This document shows, in pieces, positions 8,346-16,831 of a stretch of DNA of 46,990 bases (within the stretch, counting starts at the first letter, position 1; each line of letters opens with the position of its first letter). The notes beneath the pieces were generated by a model. That model was not told the DNA's origin, made no database searches, and saw only the letters and a program-made list of their open reading frames with translations. The translations under genes and the position numbers were made by a program. The DNA comes from an uncultured Candidatus Saccharibacteria bacterium (GTDB lineage Bacteria; Patescibacteriota; Minisyncoccia; UBA6257; GWB1-50-10), in contig CAYISA010000006.1 of assembly GCA_964365955.1 (NCBI GenBank), forward strand, positions 1-46,990. The letters run 5' to 3'.

Positions 8346-8798
8346 TTATACGCGGCGTGTTTTACGGGGACGCGGACCGTTATGGGGAATGGGAGTCACA
8401 TCTTTAATGGACATGACATTGAACCCCTGTGCGACCAGTGAGCGGACCGCGGAATCGCGGCCTTTCCCAATCCCACGAATAAAAATATCCACGGTCACGG
8501 GACCCGATTTCTTAACCTTTTCAGATATCGCCTCCGCCACTTTAGATGCGGCGAATGGCGTCGCTTTCTTGGGACCCGAAAATCCGAGCGAACCTGCGGA
8601 CATCCAGGTTACCACGTTTCCCTGTTCGTTGGTAACGGTAATCAGCGTATTATTGAACGACGCGTTAATGTAAATGCGTCCTTTCTCCAAACGATGCTTG
8701 GAGCTCTGCGCCGACTTGCTTGAAGCAGTAGCTTCCACCTGTTCGGATTCTTTGATGAGCTCTTCCTGGTTTTGTTTTGCTACTTTTTTCTTTCCCAT
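8346..8798 (-). CDS. rpsK: 30S ribosomal protein S11 (with N-terminal extension)
   Basis: 150 aa. ...IYINASFNNTLITVTNEQGNVV...GSLGFSGPKKATPFAA... core and C-terminal PHNGPRPRKTRRV. Confidence 0.93.
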   Translation of the reverse strand: MGKKKVAKQNQEELIKESEQVEATASSKSAQSSKHRLEKGRIYINASFNNTLITVTNEQGNVVTWMSAGSLGFSGPKKATPFAASKVAEAISEKVKKSGPVTVDIFIRGIGKGRDSAVRSLVAQGFNVMSIKDVTPIPHNGPRPRKTRRV

Positions 8799-8803
8799 AA
8801 TTC

Positions 8804-9187
8804 TTATTTGAGATCCACTTTGCGGCGACCGCTCCCGGCTGTCTTCCGAACATTGCCACGGATTGTGCGAGAATTGGTTTTTGTCCTTTGCCCGCGCACC
8901 GGCAAACGGCGCAAATGCCGAACGCCGCGGTACGCTTTAATGTCTTTCAGGCGATTGATGTTCTGCTTGATCACCTGCCGCAATTCCCCTTCAACCTTAT
9001 AATGTTTCTCGAGAAACGATTGGATCCGGTTCACTTCGTCGGGGGTAAGATCTTTTGTCATCCGCTCTGAATCCACTTTTGCCGCATCTACAATGGTGCG
9101 CGCAAGCGCACGGCCAATGCCGTAGAGATAGCCCAAGGAAATACGGATTTTTTTATTATCGGGGATGTTGACTCCGGTGATACGCAT
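8804..9187 (-). CDS. rpsM: 30S ribosomal protein S13
   Basis: 127 aa. MRITGVNIPDNKKIRISLGYLYGIGRALA... is the canonical S13 start. Confidence 0.93.
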   Translation of the reverse strand: MRITGVNIPDNKKIRISLGYLYGIGRALARTIVDAAKVDSERMTKDLTPDEVNRIQSFLEKHYKVEGELRQVIKQNINRLKDIKAYRGVRHLRRLPVRGQRTKTNSRTIRGNVRKTAGSGRRKVDLK

Positions 9188-9192
9188 AGAAA

Positions 9193-9306
9193 TTAGCCTT
9201 GGCGTTGTTTGTGTTTCTTGTTTTCGCAGATGACATAAACGCGCCCTTTGCGCCGGACGGTTTTACATTTCAAACAGATTTTTTTTACGGATGCGCGTAC
9301 TTTCAT
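9193..9306 (-). CDS. rpmJ: 50S ribosomal protein L36 (hand-translated, below the ORF-track size cut-off)
   Basis: The reverse complement gives [37 protein letters not shown] (37 aa). It lies in the expected slot between infA and rpsM. Confidence 0.9.
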   Translation of the reverse strand: MKVRASVKKICLKCKTVRRKGRVYVICENKKHKQRQG

Positions 9307-9309
9307 ACT

Positions 9310-9525
9310 TTATAGTCTTCGAACGATGCGGCCTCTCGTTTTGTCATACGACACCATTTCAAGCACCACGCGATCGCCCGGAATCACCCGGATACGATGC
9401 AACTTGAGTTTCCCGCCAAGATGCGCGAGCACCTGTCCGTTTTCGATCTTGACGCGAAAAAGAAGGCCCGGCAACGCCTCCTCCACGATTCCTTCCATCT
9501 TCACAAGCTGGTCATTCACTGCCAT
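9310..9525 (-). CDS. infA: translation initiation factor IF-1
   Basis: 71 aa S1-like fold sequence: ...MEGIVEEALPGLLFRVKIENGQVLAHLGGKLKLHRIRVIPGDRV... Confidence 0.93.
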   Translation of the reverse strand: MAVNDQLVKMEGIVEEALPGLLFRVKIENGQVLAHLGGKLKLHRIRVIPGDRVVLEMVSYDKTRGRIVRRL

Positions 9526-9559
9526 TGGTATGCTCGAATAAAACGAATAAGCGAGTTCA

Positions 9560-9588
9560 AGTATAAGAAAGTCGCTTCAAAAAGTCAA
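9560..9588 (-). promoter_or_regulatory. sigma70-type promoter for the infA-rpmJ-rpsM... operon
   Basis: The minus strand reads TTGACT (9588-9583), 17 nt, TATACT (9565-9560), about 35 nt upstream of the infA ATG. Confidence 0.55.
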
Positions 9589-9591
9589 CCA

Positions 9592-11325
9592 TTACTCCAA
9601 AACGACCGTAACTTTCGCGGGATCCGTGGGAATGCTGAATACCCAAAACGGATCAAGTGTTAGTTTCGCTTTTTCGAGACCTTTGATGGAAAGAACATAC
9701 CCTTTAAAAGCGTCGTTCGTCTTCCCTAGGAGCGCGGCCTTGATTCCTTCCTCGCTTACGTCGGGTTCAAACACAACGGTGCCCTTCATGCCCGTCGCGA
9801 GCGTGCCCTGTTCGAGATTCGGCTGACTATTGAGGTAAGAAAAATCAAAGGAACGCACGCGCAAATTATCATCGAGCTGTCCCCTTACCTTTTCCTTCGC
9901 TTTTTGAACAATAGCGTTTTTGAGCGTCGTTTCATCAAACACAAGATATTTTAACTCCCCCTCTGCGAAAATGGACATCTTAGTCGCGTCCTGCGCGTCG
10001 GGTTCCACATCTTCCGAAAGAATTTTGAAACTCGATGCCCCATCGATTAATTTTAATTGTTGCAAAAGAATCATCTGGCTTTGGAGCGCCACCTCAAGAT
10101 CTTTCTCGATCTTCACTTTTGCCGCGGCCGTGTCCGCCGCTGTCGCCACGGAACGCATCCCCACGAATCCTCCCTTCATGGATGATTTTGCTTCGGCATA
10201 AAAAGCGGCATATTTGGGGGTACCGTCAAAACCTGGGATGTGCCACCCCGCGCTTGCCTTCACATTGTACGTGTCCCCCGCCGCATCCGCGGTAACCGTT
10301 ACATCAATGGACGACGGAACGATTTTGCCGTTTTCAATCTTCGCTCCGGGAATCGTTGTTTTTACGTCCAGCCGAAAAAGGCGTCCTTCGGGAGAAAGAA
10401 AGCGGGTATTTTGGACGATGGCCTGCGGCGCGGAACTGTACGCGTTATAGACCGCCAATACTCCTTTCGCTTTTGTAGCTACATTTTCTTTTCCGCTCGC
10501 GGGGAATGTTTCCGTCAAATTTCCCCTTTTCACCATCAACTGTCCGGGAACCACCAGAGGGCTTCCAAGCTGCGGAGTGGATACCTTCGTGCTGATTTGC
10601 GCTGTTTCTTCAAATTCCACAGGAGTTTTTTTGAGCGTCACGGTGATTTCCGCCCGCGGTAAAACACGAAATCCCAAAAACCAGAAGAGTGCTACTAGGA
10701 CGACAATGCCTCCACCAATCACCGCCCACTTACGCCACGATCGGTGAGGACGCGTAAATTCTTCCGGCTCTTTTTTAGGGAAGGTGATCTCGCCTCCCAG
10801 CGCGGTTTGCAATTCGGGCGGGAACACGGGATAAATCGTCTTCCCGCTCTGCGGAGTTTCTTTCGATTTTTCCCAAAATGCGGGCGTCGGCATGCTCTCT
10901 TTTTCTTTTTTTCGCGGTGCAGGTTTTAGGGGAACGGTTTTTTCCGGCTTTATTTCTTCCGTCTCCACATTCGCTGCGGCTCTCTGTGGGACGCGTTTCG
11001 GCAAACCGGCACGGAATACGATATCCGATACGGACTTTTCTTTTTTCCGAAGCAAAGAAGAGTGTAGTATTTTTAACTCGGCAAGAGTGGCAAGTTCGAG
11101 CGCATGCTCGTCCGATGATTCAATCACGATTTCTTTCCCCGCTGTTTTGCTTTCCCGGCTCAAAACCTGGAAATTTTTGAGCGAAGAGCCCACCGCAGAA
11201 TTTTCCGGGAGCACAATGACGATGCGCGGCGCAAGCATGTGGATGACCTTATCAACCACCATTGCCACATCGTCTTTAATGTCAACAAAAATTTTCTTTT
11301 CTTGGGAAGAAGAAAGGGCTACCAT
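9592..11325 (-). CDS. hypothetical bitopic membrane protein (N-terminal cytoplasmic domain, Lys/Pro/Glu-rich linker, one TM helix, about 360-aa beta-rich outer domain)
   Basis: 577 aa. Single TM WAVIGGGIVVLVALFWFLGF near residue 200. The outer part loosely recalls baseplate-J/gp47-like repeats, but this cannot be confirmed by eye. Last gene of the 9592-16861 operon. Confidence 0.6.
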   Translation of the reverse strand: MVALSSSQEKKIFVDIKDDVAMVVDKVIHMLAPRIVIVLPENSAVGSSLKNFQVLSRESKTAGKEIVIESSDEHALELATLAELKILHSSLLRKKEKSVSDIVFRAGLPKRVPQRAAANVETEEIKPEKTVPLKPAPRKKEKESMPTPAFWEKSKETPQSGKTIYPVFPPELQTALGGEITFPKKEPEEFTRPHRSWRKWAVIGGGIVVLVALFWFLGFRVLPRAEITVTLKKTPVEFEETAQISTKVSTPQLGSPLVVPGQLMVKRGNLTETFPASGKENVATKAKGVLAVYNAYSSAPQAIVQNTRFLSPEGRLFRLDVKTTIPGAKIENGKIVPSSIDVTVTADAAGDTYNVKASAGWHIPGFDGTPKYAAFYAEAKSSMKGGFVGMRSVATAADTAAAKVKIEKDLEVALQSQMILLQQLKLIDGASSFKILSEDVEPDAQDATKMSIFAEGELKYLVFDETTLKNAIVQKAKEKVRGQLDDNLRVRSFDFSYLNSQPNLEQGTLATGMKGTVVFEPDVSEEGIKAALLGKTNDAFKGYVLSIKGLEKAKLTLDPFWVFSIPTDPAKVTVVLE

Positions 11326-11338
11326 GAGTTTTATTGTA

Positions 11339-12502
11339 TCATTTTGACGGAATGAGCCATTTCGCCCTCCGCTTCAATAATTGATTCAGAAATGCGTACT
11401 GAACGTAGGTGTGCGGATGAAGAAGCAGGGCAAGAAGCGTCTGGCTGAAAATCGGAGTAAATGATTTTATCTTTTTTGAAACCTCCACTCGAATCCCCTG
11501 TAATTTTAACTGCTCATAAAACCCCGCAATATGCGCGTGGGGCTCCATAAACCAGGATTCTAGAAGCGGTAAATCCACCCGAAAATGAAAATGCACAATG
11601 GGGCGGGAATGTTTTGCTTTCGATTGCAGGGGGGCGATGAGCTTTAAGAGCTTCCGAAACTCGTCCCGCGCGTGTTTTTCCACAAGCCGCCGGAATCGTT
11701 CAGAAAGCTTATCTTTTTTGTATTGCTTCAAAATCCATTCCGCCACTATTTCGTCGATCGCCAAATTCCCCATGAGCGACCGTGCGAGAGAAGATGTCCC
11801 CCATCCGTACTCCCCGACAAATACCCGTTCGTCCTCTTTGGAAATAAATACAGTGGTATTCCCCGATTCCACACAGACCACAAAATCGTTCGATCCGGCC
11901 ACCGCTCCCGTAAGGGAGCTCCCGTGTTCCACCACCACCAGTTCCTTTGTGCGTGCATGCAATTTTTCAAGGAGCGGTAACAGTCTCCGCGGAATAAACG
12001 TCCCTTTGAACCGGATGGTGAATTCTTTCCCCGAAAATCCCAGCGGATTAAAAACGCGGTTGCTCCCCAGCCGCACGTCGGCAATTTCGATATTCGCAAG
12101 CACCAGATCCAGTTCGTTTGCGCCCATTTTTTTCGCAACCCATCCGCGATAATGATTTAAAAATTCCCAAAGAGCGCGGAATAATAATCCGTCGAGTTCG
12201 CCTTCGTCGATCGCGCCTTCGGGGTTTTGGCGCTTCACGCGGACCTCCCCTTCCATGGTCGTGGCATGGCGCGAAGATGCGGCGATAACCAGGCGGTCAC
12301 TTTTCGGAATGCCGCCCCCTTTTCCAAGAGCCGAAAGATTGGGGAGTGCTTTTCGCGAAAGAAGCTCAACATACTTTTCTACGCGATTCACCTTCGCCTC
12401 CGTGATTTCCACTCCGTGATTGAGCTCTTCCACGACAACGGAACGCTCCTCCCCTTTCCTTGGAAACGCGTTTTTTACGATATCCCACAAACCTTTTTTC
12501 AC
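11339..12502 (-). CDS. divergent actin-fold (FtsA/PilM-like ASKHA) protein, hypothetical
   Basis: 387 aa. The segment ELVVVEHGSSLTGAVAGSNDFVVCVESGNTTVFISKEDERVFVGEYGWGTSSLARSL mirrors the adenosine/phosphate-2 region of FtsA/PilM. A canonical N-terminal DxGxx phosphate-1 motif is not visible. Confidence 0.35.
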   Translation of the reverse strand: MKKGLWDIVKNAFPRKGEERSVVVEELNHGVEITEAKVNRVEKYVELLSRKALPNLSALGKGGGIPKSDRLVIAASSRHATTMEGEVRVKRQNPEGAIDEGELDGLLFRALWEFLNHYRGWVAKKMGANELDLVLANIEIADVRLGSNRVFNPLGFSGKEFTIRFKGTFIPRRLLPLLEKLHARTKELVVVEHGSSLTGAVAGSNDFVVCVESGNTTVFISKEDERVFVGEYGWGTSSLARSLMGNLAIDEIVAEWILKQYKKDKLSERFRRLVEKHARDEFRKLLKLIAPLQSKAKHSRPIVHFHFRVDLPLLESWFMEPHAHIAGFYEQLKLQGIRVEVSKKIKSFTPIFSQTLLALLLHPHTYVQYAFLNQLLKRRAKWLIPSK

Positions 12503-12516
12503 TTATTCAAAGTATA

Positions 12517-13857
12517 TCACAGGGCGGGATTCGGAGTGCGCGCCAGGCCATATGTGACAGACGATGCGCGTCGGATCACATCGCTCTGTGATGCCGTGGG
12601 GGGCGGAAGCACTTTCAGTGTTTCGGCGGAAAACGGATCCTGCGCCTCTCCATCGATGATCATGCGGATGTAAAAATCTTGAACACCGAGATTCGTCATA
12701 TCTTTGATATCGAACACGGGTGCCATTTCGGAACGGAGCGCGGACGCATCTTCGCCCGTCACACGGAAAATAATAATGGTACCGACGTTCCCCAAAACGG
12801 ATACCCGAAATTCCGGCGTCAACTGTCCCAGATATTGGTGCGAAACGGTCAAGCAGATTCCGTATTTTCGCGCGTCCGAAAATAATTGTTTGAGCGTATC
12901 GGTAGCAAGCGCGTGAAAATCATCGATATAAATATAAAAATCTCGGAGCGCGTCACGTGACCCTCGCGCCATTCCCGCTTGCTTGATTTTAGTGATGAAG
13001 AGAGAACCCAAAAAGCTTGCGTTTTCTTCACCGATCTTATCTTTTGCCAGATTAATAAAAACGATTTTATGGTCACGGATAAACGCATCAAACGCAATGG
13101 TGTTATCTTCTACGCTTAAAATGCGGTTTAACATGGGGTCGGAAAAAATTTGGCTTAACTTCGTGACAATCGGCACCACCGCATCTGTACGAAGCTTGTC
13201 CACTCCTTGGGCAAAATCTTGCGTCCAAAATTTTTTAACCAAATCATCGCGAATGGATTCAACTACCTTCGCGCGATACTCGGGATCGGTCAATATCGAA
13301 AGGAGCCCGCGCACGGTAGCGTGTGGATAATCCAGAAGGGCAAGGATTGCAAAACGCAACACGTGTTCTGTCTGCGACCCCCAATGCACCCCCAATAATT
13401 TCTTCATGGAATCCAGAATCCCCTGCGCGAACGACTGCCGAGAGGTTAGGTCGACATCGCGGAACGGATTGAATGCGACGTAGTTTTCTTCTGCGGAAAA
13501 ATCCATCAATACGACATCCTTAACTCGATTTTCCGGAACGAAATCCAAAAGAGAGTAGATAACGTCCCCTTGCAAATCGATCAGACATGTTCCGTATCCG
13601 TACGCGATATCTTGGCGCAATAATAACTCAAGCAATTTTGATTTCCCCACGCCACCTTTCCCAATCATGTAAATATGCCGCCGCCGATCCACACGTTTGA
13701 TGCCAAAAATAAACCGCTTTTCTTCGAGTGCGGCAACATAATTCGTGCGCCCCATAAACGACGCGTTCGCCGGATCCCCTCGTCCGAAGATCGGCAAATC
13801 TGCGGGCGGAGGCGCGGATTTTACTTTCTGAATCTGTATATTTTTGTCTTTGCGCAT
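12517..13857 (-). CDS. VirD4/TraD/TraG-like (type IV coupling protein family) P-loop ATPase, soluble form
   Basis: 446 aa. Walker A is HIYMIGKGGVGKS and Walker B is FYIYIDDFH, followed by ARKYGICLTVSHQYLGQL and GTIIIFRV, colinear with T4CP/TrwB-type ATPases. No N-terminal TM helices. Confidence 0.6.
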   Translation of the reverse strand: MRKDKNIQIQKVKSAPPPADLPIFGRGDPANASFMGRTNYVAALEEKRFIFGIKRVDRRRHIYMIGKGGVGKSKLLELLLRQDIAYGYGTCLIDLQGDVIYSLLDFVPENRVKDVVLMDFSAEENYVAFNPFRDVDLTSRQSFAQGILDSMKKLLGVHWGSQTEHVLRFAILALLDYPHATVRGLLSILTDPEYRAKVVESIRDDLVKKFWTQDFAQGVDKLRTDAVVPIVTKLSQIFSDPMLNRILSVEDNTIAFDAFIRDHKIVFINLAKDKIGEENASFLGSLFITKIKQAGMARGSRDALRDFYIYIDDFHALATDTLKQLFSDARKYGICLTVSHQYLGQLTPEFRVSVLGNVGTIIIFRVTGEDASALRSEMAPVFDIKDMTNLGVQDFYIRMIIDGEAQDPFSAETLKVLPPPTASQSDVIRRASSVTYGLARTPNPAL

Positions 13858-13866
13858 AAATCCGTG

Positions 13867-14379
13867 CTACAACACTCCGATCTCCGAGAGTAATCCTTGA
13901 TACGCGCGCAGTACTTCTTCCGCATCCGCACGTGTAATCTCATAATCCGGCGCGTGCACCAATTCGTTACGGATGCGATGGGCGCGCCACACGCGTTCCA
14001 GATGGGTAAAATTCCGGTCGGTGAGGGATTCCAAACGGTCGGCCATGTGCTCGCCACTTAATCCCATTTTTTTCAAAATATCGTCCACGAATTTATCGGC
14101 GCTTATGATCGCGGTGACATATGAATGCGGCGGCTGGGAATCCGCGTTCGCCAAAATCGTTTTCCATTTTACTTTAAGCTGCGGATCAAAAACAGCCGCA
14201 GGAAGCGGGGGGGGTGTGGGCTCGGGAAGGCGCACGCGCAATTCGCGAATATGCACGATGACGTAAATAATGCCCGCAAAAAGGACGAGGTCCAAAAAAA
14301 TGAAAATAAAACGGGCGGTGACAAACAACGCGTGCCACGGACCAACGGCGAACGAATCTTGAAGAGAAACGAGGGGCAT
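13867..14379 (-). CDS. hypothetical membrane-anchored protein
   Basis: 170 aa. One N-terminal TM region (ALFVTARFIFIFLDLVLFAGIIYVIV), a Pro-rich hinge, and a helical C-terminal domain (...RVWRAHRIRNELVHAP...). Confidence 0.55.
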   Translation of the reverse strand: MPLVSLQDSFAVGPWHALFVTARFIFIFLDLVLFAGIIYVIVHIRELRVRLPEPTPPPLPAAVFDPQLKVKWKTILANADSQPPHSYVTAIISADKFVDDILKKMGLSGEHMADRLESLTDRNFTHLERVWRAHRIRNELVHAPDYEITRADAEEVLRAYQGLLSEIGVL

Positions 14380-14387
14380 ATGATAAT

Positions 14388-15785
14388 TTATTTAAACCGC
14401 TCGATTTCCCCTTCTTCGCCGAAAATCGCCAACCCTGCGGGCGGTCCCGCTTTGCGACTTTCGACTCTCTTGAGATGCGGAGCGGTAAGCACCACCGCCG
14501 TCGGCGGATGGAAAAGCGTCGCCAATCCTTCCACATTCAGCGTAAAATCACGCGTGGCAAAATTCCAATTGAGCAGATAGGAAGTGAAGATGCGCCCGAT
14601 CGGAGAATCCGGCGGGGTTTCCCGCATAATATAATTCCACAGTAACCGCTGTTTTCGATACTCCGTTCTCTGCGAAGTCATCACGTGCGGCCATGTCCAT
14701 AAGTCGGCACGTGTCCCCGCACGACCATTAGATTTAAACGAATTCAGCGAAAGTTCCGTATACTGGTTGAAAGCTGTCATCACGGATTTTCCGATGTCTT
14801 TCGAAAACACGGCCTTGGGCGACAGATAGACGGAACGGATAATCGTGCGAAATGCGGGTTTCGAAAGATTTCCTTCGATCGCCTCGATCACATCGGACTG
14901 CCCCGGCGAGCGCGCCACCGCTACTTTTCTTTTTTCTTCTCCGGAGCCCACATTGATGGTTTCCGGTTCTTTTAGTTTTGCCAAAAATTTTGTCCATACT
15001 TTGAACCAATCTTTTGTAGCAGGCGCGATTAGAAATTGGATTCCGACCGTTTCACCCGGGCGTACTTTCGCAAACGATTCCAAAAATACCGACAAAGGAT
15101 CGACATTCTTTTCTTCCACATCGGATTCAAAGGACGTGTAGGTTTTAATGGGATACGCATCTTCGCGCGCCAACACCATTTCGGCGCCCCAAATATCCTG
15201 CTCCTTTTCGTACATCTCGCGCACGGAATGCGGAAACATTTCGGTATAATCTTTCACTTCCGCGATCTCCACGTCTTTGTAATACGAAAAAAACGCCGCC
15301 TCGATAATGTTGCGTTGGGATTTTTGGCAGCGGACATAGAAATGAATTTCACCGCCGAAACTTACGATCTCAAGAGCGTTCCATGTGGTGGTAACTCCTT
15401 CGATATATTTTTCGGGAAAATTCCCCGGCGCCGATCCGAAGGTGTGAAGCGTGAGAAAAACCTGTTCCATCGCCTGCGCGCTTTTCAAAATTTCGCGCGG
15501 CATTTGGAGTTCTAAAAGGATATATTCGCGGCTGCGCATATATAATTCCTGCCGCCAGAAAATCCACAAATGCTCGAAGAGTGGCAGTAAAATTACAAAA
15601 AGCCACAACCACCATGTAGCGTAGAAATATTCCAACATCCGCGCTATAAATGCGGATGTATTCAAAACGGGAAGCGCGACAAACAGTCCTGCAAACCCAA
15701 AAAGGATCAAAAACAACATCACCTCCTCTTTCTGGAGAAGCTCCTGAAAGATAATCCAGATTTCCGAGATTAAATGGGAGAGCAT
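14388..15785 (-). CDS. hypothetical polytopic-N-terminus membrane protein with a large soluble domain
   Basis: 465 aa. Two or three TM helices in the first ~80 residues and a ~380-aa soluble domain. No family recognised by eye. Confidence 0.55.
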   Translation of the reverse strand: MLSHLISEIWIIFQELLQKEEVMLFLILFGFAGLFVALPVLNTSAFIARMLEYFYATWWLWLFVILLPLFEHLWIFWRQELYMRSREYILLELQMPREILKSAQAMEQVFLTLHTFGSAPGNFPEKYIEGVTTTWNALEIVSFGGEIHFYVRCQKSQRNIIEAAFFSYYKDVEIAEVKDYTEMFPHSVREMYEKEQDIWGAEMVLAREDAYPIKTYTSFESDVEEKNVDPLSVFLESFAKVRPGETVGIQFLIAPATKDWFKVWTKFLAKLKEPETINVGSGEEKRKVAVARSPGQSDVIEAIEGNLSKPAFRTIIRSVYLSPKAVFSKDIGKSVMTAFNQYTELSLNSFKSNGRAGTRADLWTWPHVMTSQRTEYRKQRLLWNYIMRETPPDSPIGRIFTSYLLNWNFATRDFTLNVEGLATLFHPPTAVVLTAPHLKRVESRKAGPPAGLAIFGEEGEIERFK

Positions 15786-15793
15786 CCCTCCTA

Positions 15794-16822
15794 TTATGCC
15801 TCTTTCACGTGGTAGCGTCCATCATCCAGACGTTTGAAAAAACGCCGGTTCTGGAGGCCTAACAAAATCGTGTTCTGTTTCAAAATTCTCTGCTTGTTTA
15901 CGTGGTCCACCACTTGCGTTGCGTGCAAGGGTCCCTGTTTTTTCAAAAGCCGAGCAATCACCTCACGCACGGTACCGGGCTCGAATCCGTGTTCGCGAAG
16001 CGCGTACACGCCGCGTCCCACCAACACAAAACGCCCATCTTTAATGAGTTCATTATGCACCGTCTGCACATGCGCAGAATTTTTGTCGATGCCGAGTTTC
16101 GCGATATATTTCGCCACATCTTCAAAGTGAAGCGGCTTAGCGTGTTTCTTGAGCGCCAAATAGGCTTTGTCGCGGACGGTTTTCGGTTCAATTTCCGCCC
16201 ATGCGCGAAGTCCAACGTCGCCGAACACGTTTGTTCCGACCTGCTTCGAGATCGAAAGAAAGTGGCTGGATGTAAAATCTTTGCAATGTGCCAGATACAG
16301 TTTTCCGTCCAAGAACTCCTGCTTGTCCGCGCTCTTAAACGATTGAAGTGTCTGTTTTAAAAACTCGAAAAACTTTTTCTTGGATTGTTCCGTTGTGTAC
16401 CAAAACGCATTCGTGTCATCGGTCTCTTTGTTGAAAAGAGGTTTTCCGGCCGCCACAAACATCAGGTGGAGTTTTTGCTCCGCATTTTTCAGCGTGTTCG
16501 CATTCGGAAACGAGTGCTTCACTTCGGCGATCAGCGCGTCATCGCGACGCACGCCGCCTACGCTATCCAGGTAGTTTGCAACTGCCTCCAGAAAATCTCC
16601 CGCGCCGCTTTCTACGCGCCCGCGAAGTTTTTTGAGCATCTGCTCTTCAATCTGACGCACACGCTCGCGCGTGATACCAAGCTCGTCCCCAATCGCTTGG
16701 AGCGAAACGCGATGTCCGATCTTCAAGCCGAACCGGCCCGCAATTACTCTGCGCTGTTTTGGAGTGAATCCATCAAACAACGCCTCGACGAACTGATCTA
16801 AGTTTTTCAGGTTATGTTTCAT
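15794..16822 (-). CDS. sigma70 region-4 HTH fused to two HARE-HTH-like winged-helix modules
   Basis: 342 aa. FTPKQRRVIAGRFGL...SLQAIGDELGITRERVRQIEEQMLKKLR is a textbook sigma region 4. The C-terminus has two repeats of the pattern ...PLHF.DV...I......V...L..DGRFV.VGRGVYAL. No sigma region 2 is present. Confidence 0.6.
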   Translation of the reverse strand: MKHNLKNLDQFVEALFDGFTPKQRRVIAGRFGLKIGHRVSLQAIGDELGITRERVRQIEEQMLKKLRGRVESGAGDFLEAVANYLDSVGGVRRDDALIAEVKHSFPNANTLKNAEQKLHLMFVAAGKPLFNKETDDTNAFWYTTEQSKKKFFEFLKQTLQSFKSADKQEFLDGKLYLAHCKDFTSSHFLSISKQVGTNVFGDVGLRAWAEIEPKTVRDKAYLALKKHAKPLHFEDVAKYIAKLGIDKNSAHVQTVHNELIKDGRFVLVGRGVYALREHGFEPGTVREVIARLLKKQGPLHATQVVDHVNKQRILKQNTILLGLQNRRFFKRLDDGRYHVKEA

Positions 16823-16831
16823 AATGGTTAT

